From positions 1,248,001 to 1,312,000 of the forward strand of contig CP084167.1 in assembly GCA_021513715.1 (NCBI GenBank): a stretch of 64,000 nucleotides of DNA, written 5' to 3'. Origin of the DNA: Candidatus Heimdallarchaeum endolithica. GTDB lineage: Archaea > Asgardarchaeota > Heimdallarchaeia > Heimdallarchaeales > Heimdallarchaeaceae. This document shows positions 62,218 to 64,000 of this stretch, piece by piece. Below the pieces are notes generated by a model. The model did no database searches. It saw nothing but the letters and a program-made list of their open reading frames with translations, and was not told where the DNA came from. Position 1 is the first letter of the stretch, and each line of letters opens with the position of its first letter. Both the position numbers and the translations under genes were made by a program.

Positions 62218-62346
62218 TCACAAACCTCAATAAAGAACATACACTTTTTTATTATCCCACAAAGATATAAGCCAGTAGTGCTATTAAATTTTTGCATAAA
62301 TAATTTTAAAATTTAATGTCAATTTTGGAGAAATTTCCTACTTTAG

Positions 62347-64000
62347 TTAAATTAAATACTGGCTTTGTATCTTAGTTTCAATTTCTTTTACCTTTCTCAT
62401 TTGTTTTTCATTAGATGAATTTTGTGTATAATCCCAATTCCATAGTAATTGTTGTTTAAGATAATTATAGAATTTTTTAGCTTTAGAATAGTCTCCTTTT
62501 TTTAACAAGAAACTTATTTTTTTAACAAGTAATAAAACCAAACAATCTATATCATCAATCCAATCACAATATTCTATTGTATTGATTAATAGACTTGGTT
62601 CAGAACGTTGTAACTTTTCTCCAATTTTATAGAGAAGACGATTAACTAAAATAATGGATAAGAACCACTTTTGCTTATTTTTTCTTGTGTCCCCAAGTTT
62701 TACTAATTTATCTTTAAGAGAGACTAAAGTGTCATACACCAGTGTTAAATCTTCTTCAGAAAAAGATGTTAGCATTTTTTCTACTATTTTTGCAAAGATT
62801 ATTATATCGTTGATAGTAAGAATTTCTATTTTTCCTTTCTTTAGTTCCTCTATTACAGCTTTTAAGTTATTATTATTAGAAGCAAAAACAGAAACCAATT
62901 GGTCTATTTTTTCCCATTCAACGCTATTTGCAAGCTCAAAAATTCTTTTAAGGGAATCTATCGGATTTTCTTCTAAACTGTTGAAAAAATACGCGATAGT
63001 TTCATATGAAGGAAATCTATTAAAATTAGAATTAGAAAAACGCACAATTTGTTCTTTTGTGGAAGAACCCAAAACATGAGAAGTGTACAATTCAAGAAAT
63101 TGAGCTTCAATCATATTTTCTTTTGATTTTGTTTTTTTAGCAAATTCATAAATTGAAGGAAGTATTTGGTCTATCTTTTCTTTCTTGTTTTCATCAAGAA
63201 TTATATTTATTAGTTCATGTTTTTTATATAGAAAAGCATATTGGTAGAAGTAGTCCTGGTATCTTTCGAAATCTGGGCTTTTAAGTAAATTGGATATAAA
63301 TTCTTGAAAGAAAGAATAAAGTTCTTGTTCAGTTACATCTAATAATAGATAACTATAACACAATTTTGAGAAAGGTGTTAGTTGATTTAAATTTCTTAGA
63401 GACAAATCAAAAATTGTTAAAGGGTCTGATTCAAAAAATCTAATAAATTTACTATTTTTAAGAAAGTTATACTTTGATTTCAACTTGGATACTGTCATTT
63501 TGAATTGTAACTTCATTTTAGAGAAACCATGTTCTTTTTCAAAATAGTGGAAAACTGGAAATAATTTTTGTTTTTTTGGAATAATTAACCTAACTTTTGA
63601 AGTTGGACAAATAATTCCTTTTTGAATTGAAGTCAAAATATCATCAATTTTATCTATTTCAATTACTTCATTACTATTTTCATCTAACAAACCTATTATT
63701 CTATAATAAGGCAATAAACATGAAGACATTCTTGATAAATCTTTGAATTCAGCTTGAAATTCTTCCTTTACCAATAAAGACAAATTTAGCTTATCAAGTT
63801 TTAATGAAATAACAAAGTAATTATTTCCTACATATTTATCTTCAGGGAAGATTTTTAGTTCTCTTTCATCAACTTCTATCGTAGAATCTATTTTTTCTAG
63901 TAGTTCTAGAATAGTAGAATAAGAAATGCAAGGAAATCTGTTTTTTGCGAGTGATATTTTCCTAACAAATTTCTGTTCCTTTTTATTTTTAAAGAGTAAA
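62347..64000 (-). CDS. Large helical/TPR-like hypothetical protein (5' end outside the window)
   Basis: The reading frame of the 62347-63783 ORF stays open up to the window edge; the C-terminus is helical-repeat-like. Confidence 0.7.
   Translation of the reverse strand, partial: LLFKNKKEQKFVRKISLAKNRFPCISYSTILELLEKIDSTIEVDERELKIFPEDKYVGNNYFVISLKLDKLNLSLLVKEEFQAEFKDLSRMSSCLLPYYRIIGLLDENSNEVIEIDKIDDILTSIQKGIICPTSKVRLIIPKKQKLFPVFHYFEKEHGFSKMKLQFKMTVSKLKSKYNFLKNSKFIRFFESDPLTIFDLSLRNLNQLTPFSKLCYSYLLLDVTEQELYSFFQEFISNLLKSPDFERYQDYFYQYAFLYKKHELINIILDENKKEKIDQILPSIYEFAKKTKSKENMIEAQFLELYTSHVLGSSTKEQIVRFSNSNFNRFPSYETIAYFFNSLEENPIDSLKRIFELANSVEWEKIDQLVSVFASNNNNLKAVIEELKKGKIEILTINDIIIFAKIVEKMLTSFSEEDLTLVYDTLVSLKDKLVKLGDTRKNKQKWFLSIILVNRLLYKIGEKLQRSEPSLLINTIEYCDWIDDIDCLVLLLVKKISFLLKKGDYSKAKKFYNYLKQQLLWNWDYTQNSSNEKQMRKVKEIETKIQSQYLI

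Noticed and set aside
2626-63079. Numerous short ORFs antisense to or nested in long genes (e.g. 4427-4801, 22363-22749, 30331-30609, 43071-43409, 62654-63079)
   Set aside because: They are shadow ORFs with no motifs, fully overlapping well-supported genes.

Overview
AT-rich archaeal chromosome segment. It is most likely from an Asgard archaeon (Heimdallarchaeia-like); this is inferred from a divergent actin, a PCI-type winged-helix protein and a bacterial-type GAPDH, SpeA and DnaK set alongside archaeal Map2, FlaK-like peptidase, DUF61 and KaiC/RAD55 genes. The window opens in the trailer end of a CRISPR array (37-bp repeat, 39-44-bp spacers; no cas genes in the window). It continues with a DUF5678/aspartic-protease pair, a pst operon (fused pstC-pstA, two PhoU genes), an ABC/FtsX pair, a decayed accessory patch (12.6-13.6 kb), KaiC-like ATPase plus thioredoxin, speA, phi, MMPL, grpE-dnaK-dnaJ and M24 peptidases. 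Further on are an inactivated IS481, an ATPase/coiled-coil/giant TrmB-like operon, gap, rocD, ABC exporters, an actin-related protein and a CofD-like/PCI/HhH protein. The most striking observation is at 12940-13053, where a gene is interrupted by a 40-bp insert flanked by an exact 37-bp duplication. This matches the repeat and spacer sizes of the host CRISPR array and is the expected scar of off-target Cas1-Cas2 spacer integration (a natural 'neo-CRISPR'). Other highlights are a candidate 67-nt structured ncRNA, a roughly 106-bp MITE with a target-site duplication, an IS481 with a 17-bp TSD, and candidate Pho and heat-shock operators. All calls were made by eye, without database searches.
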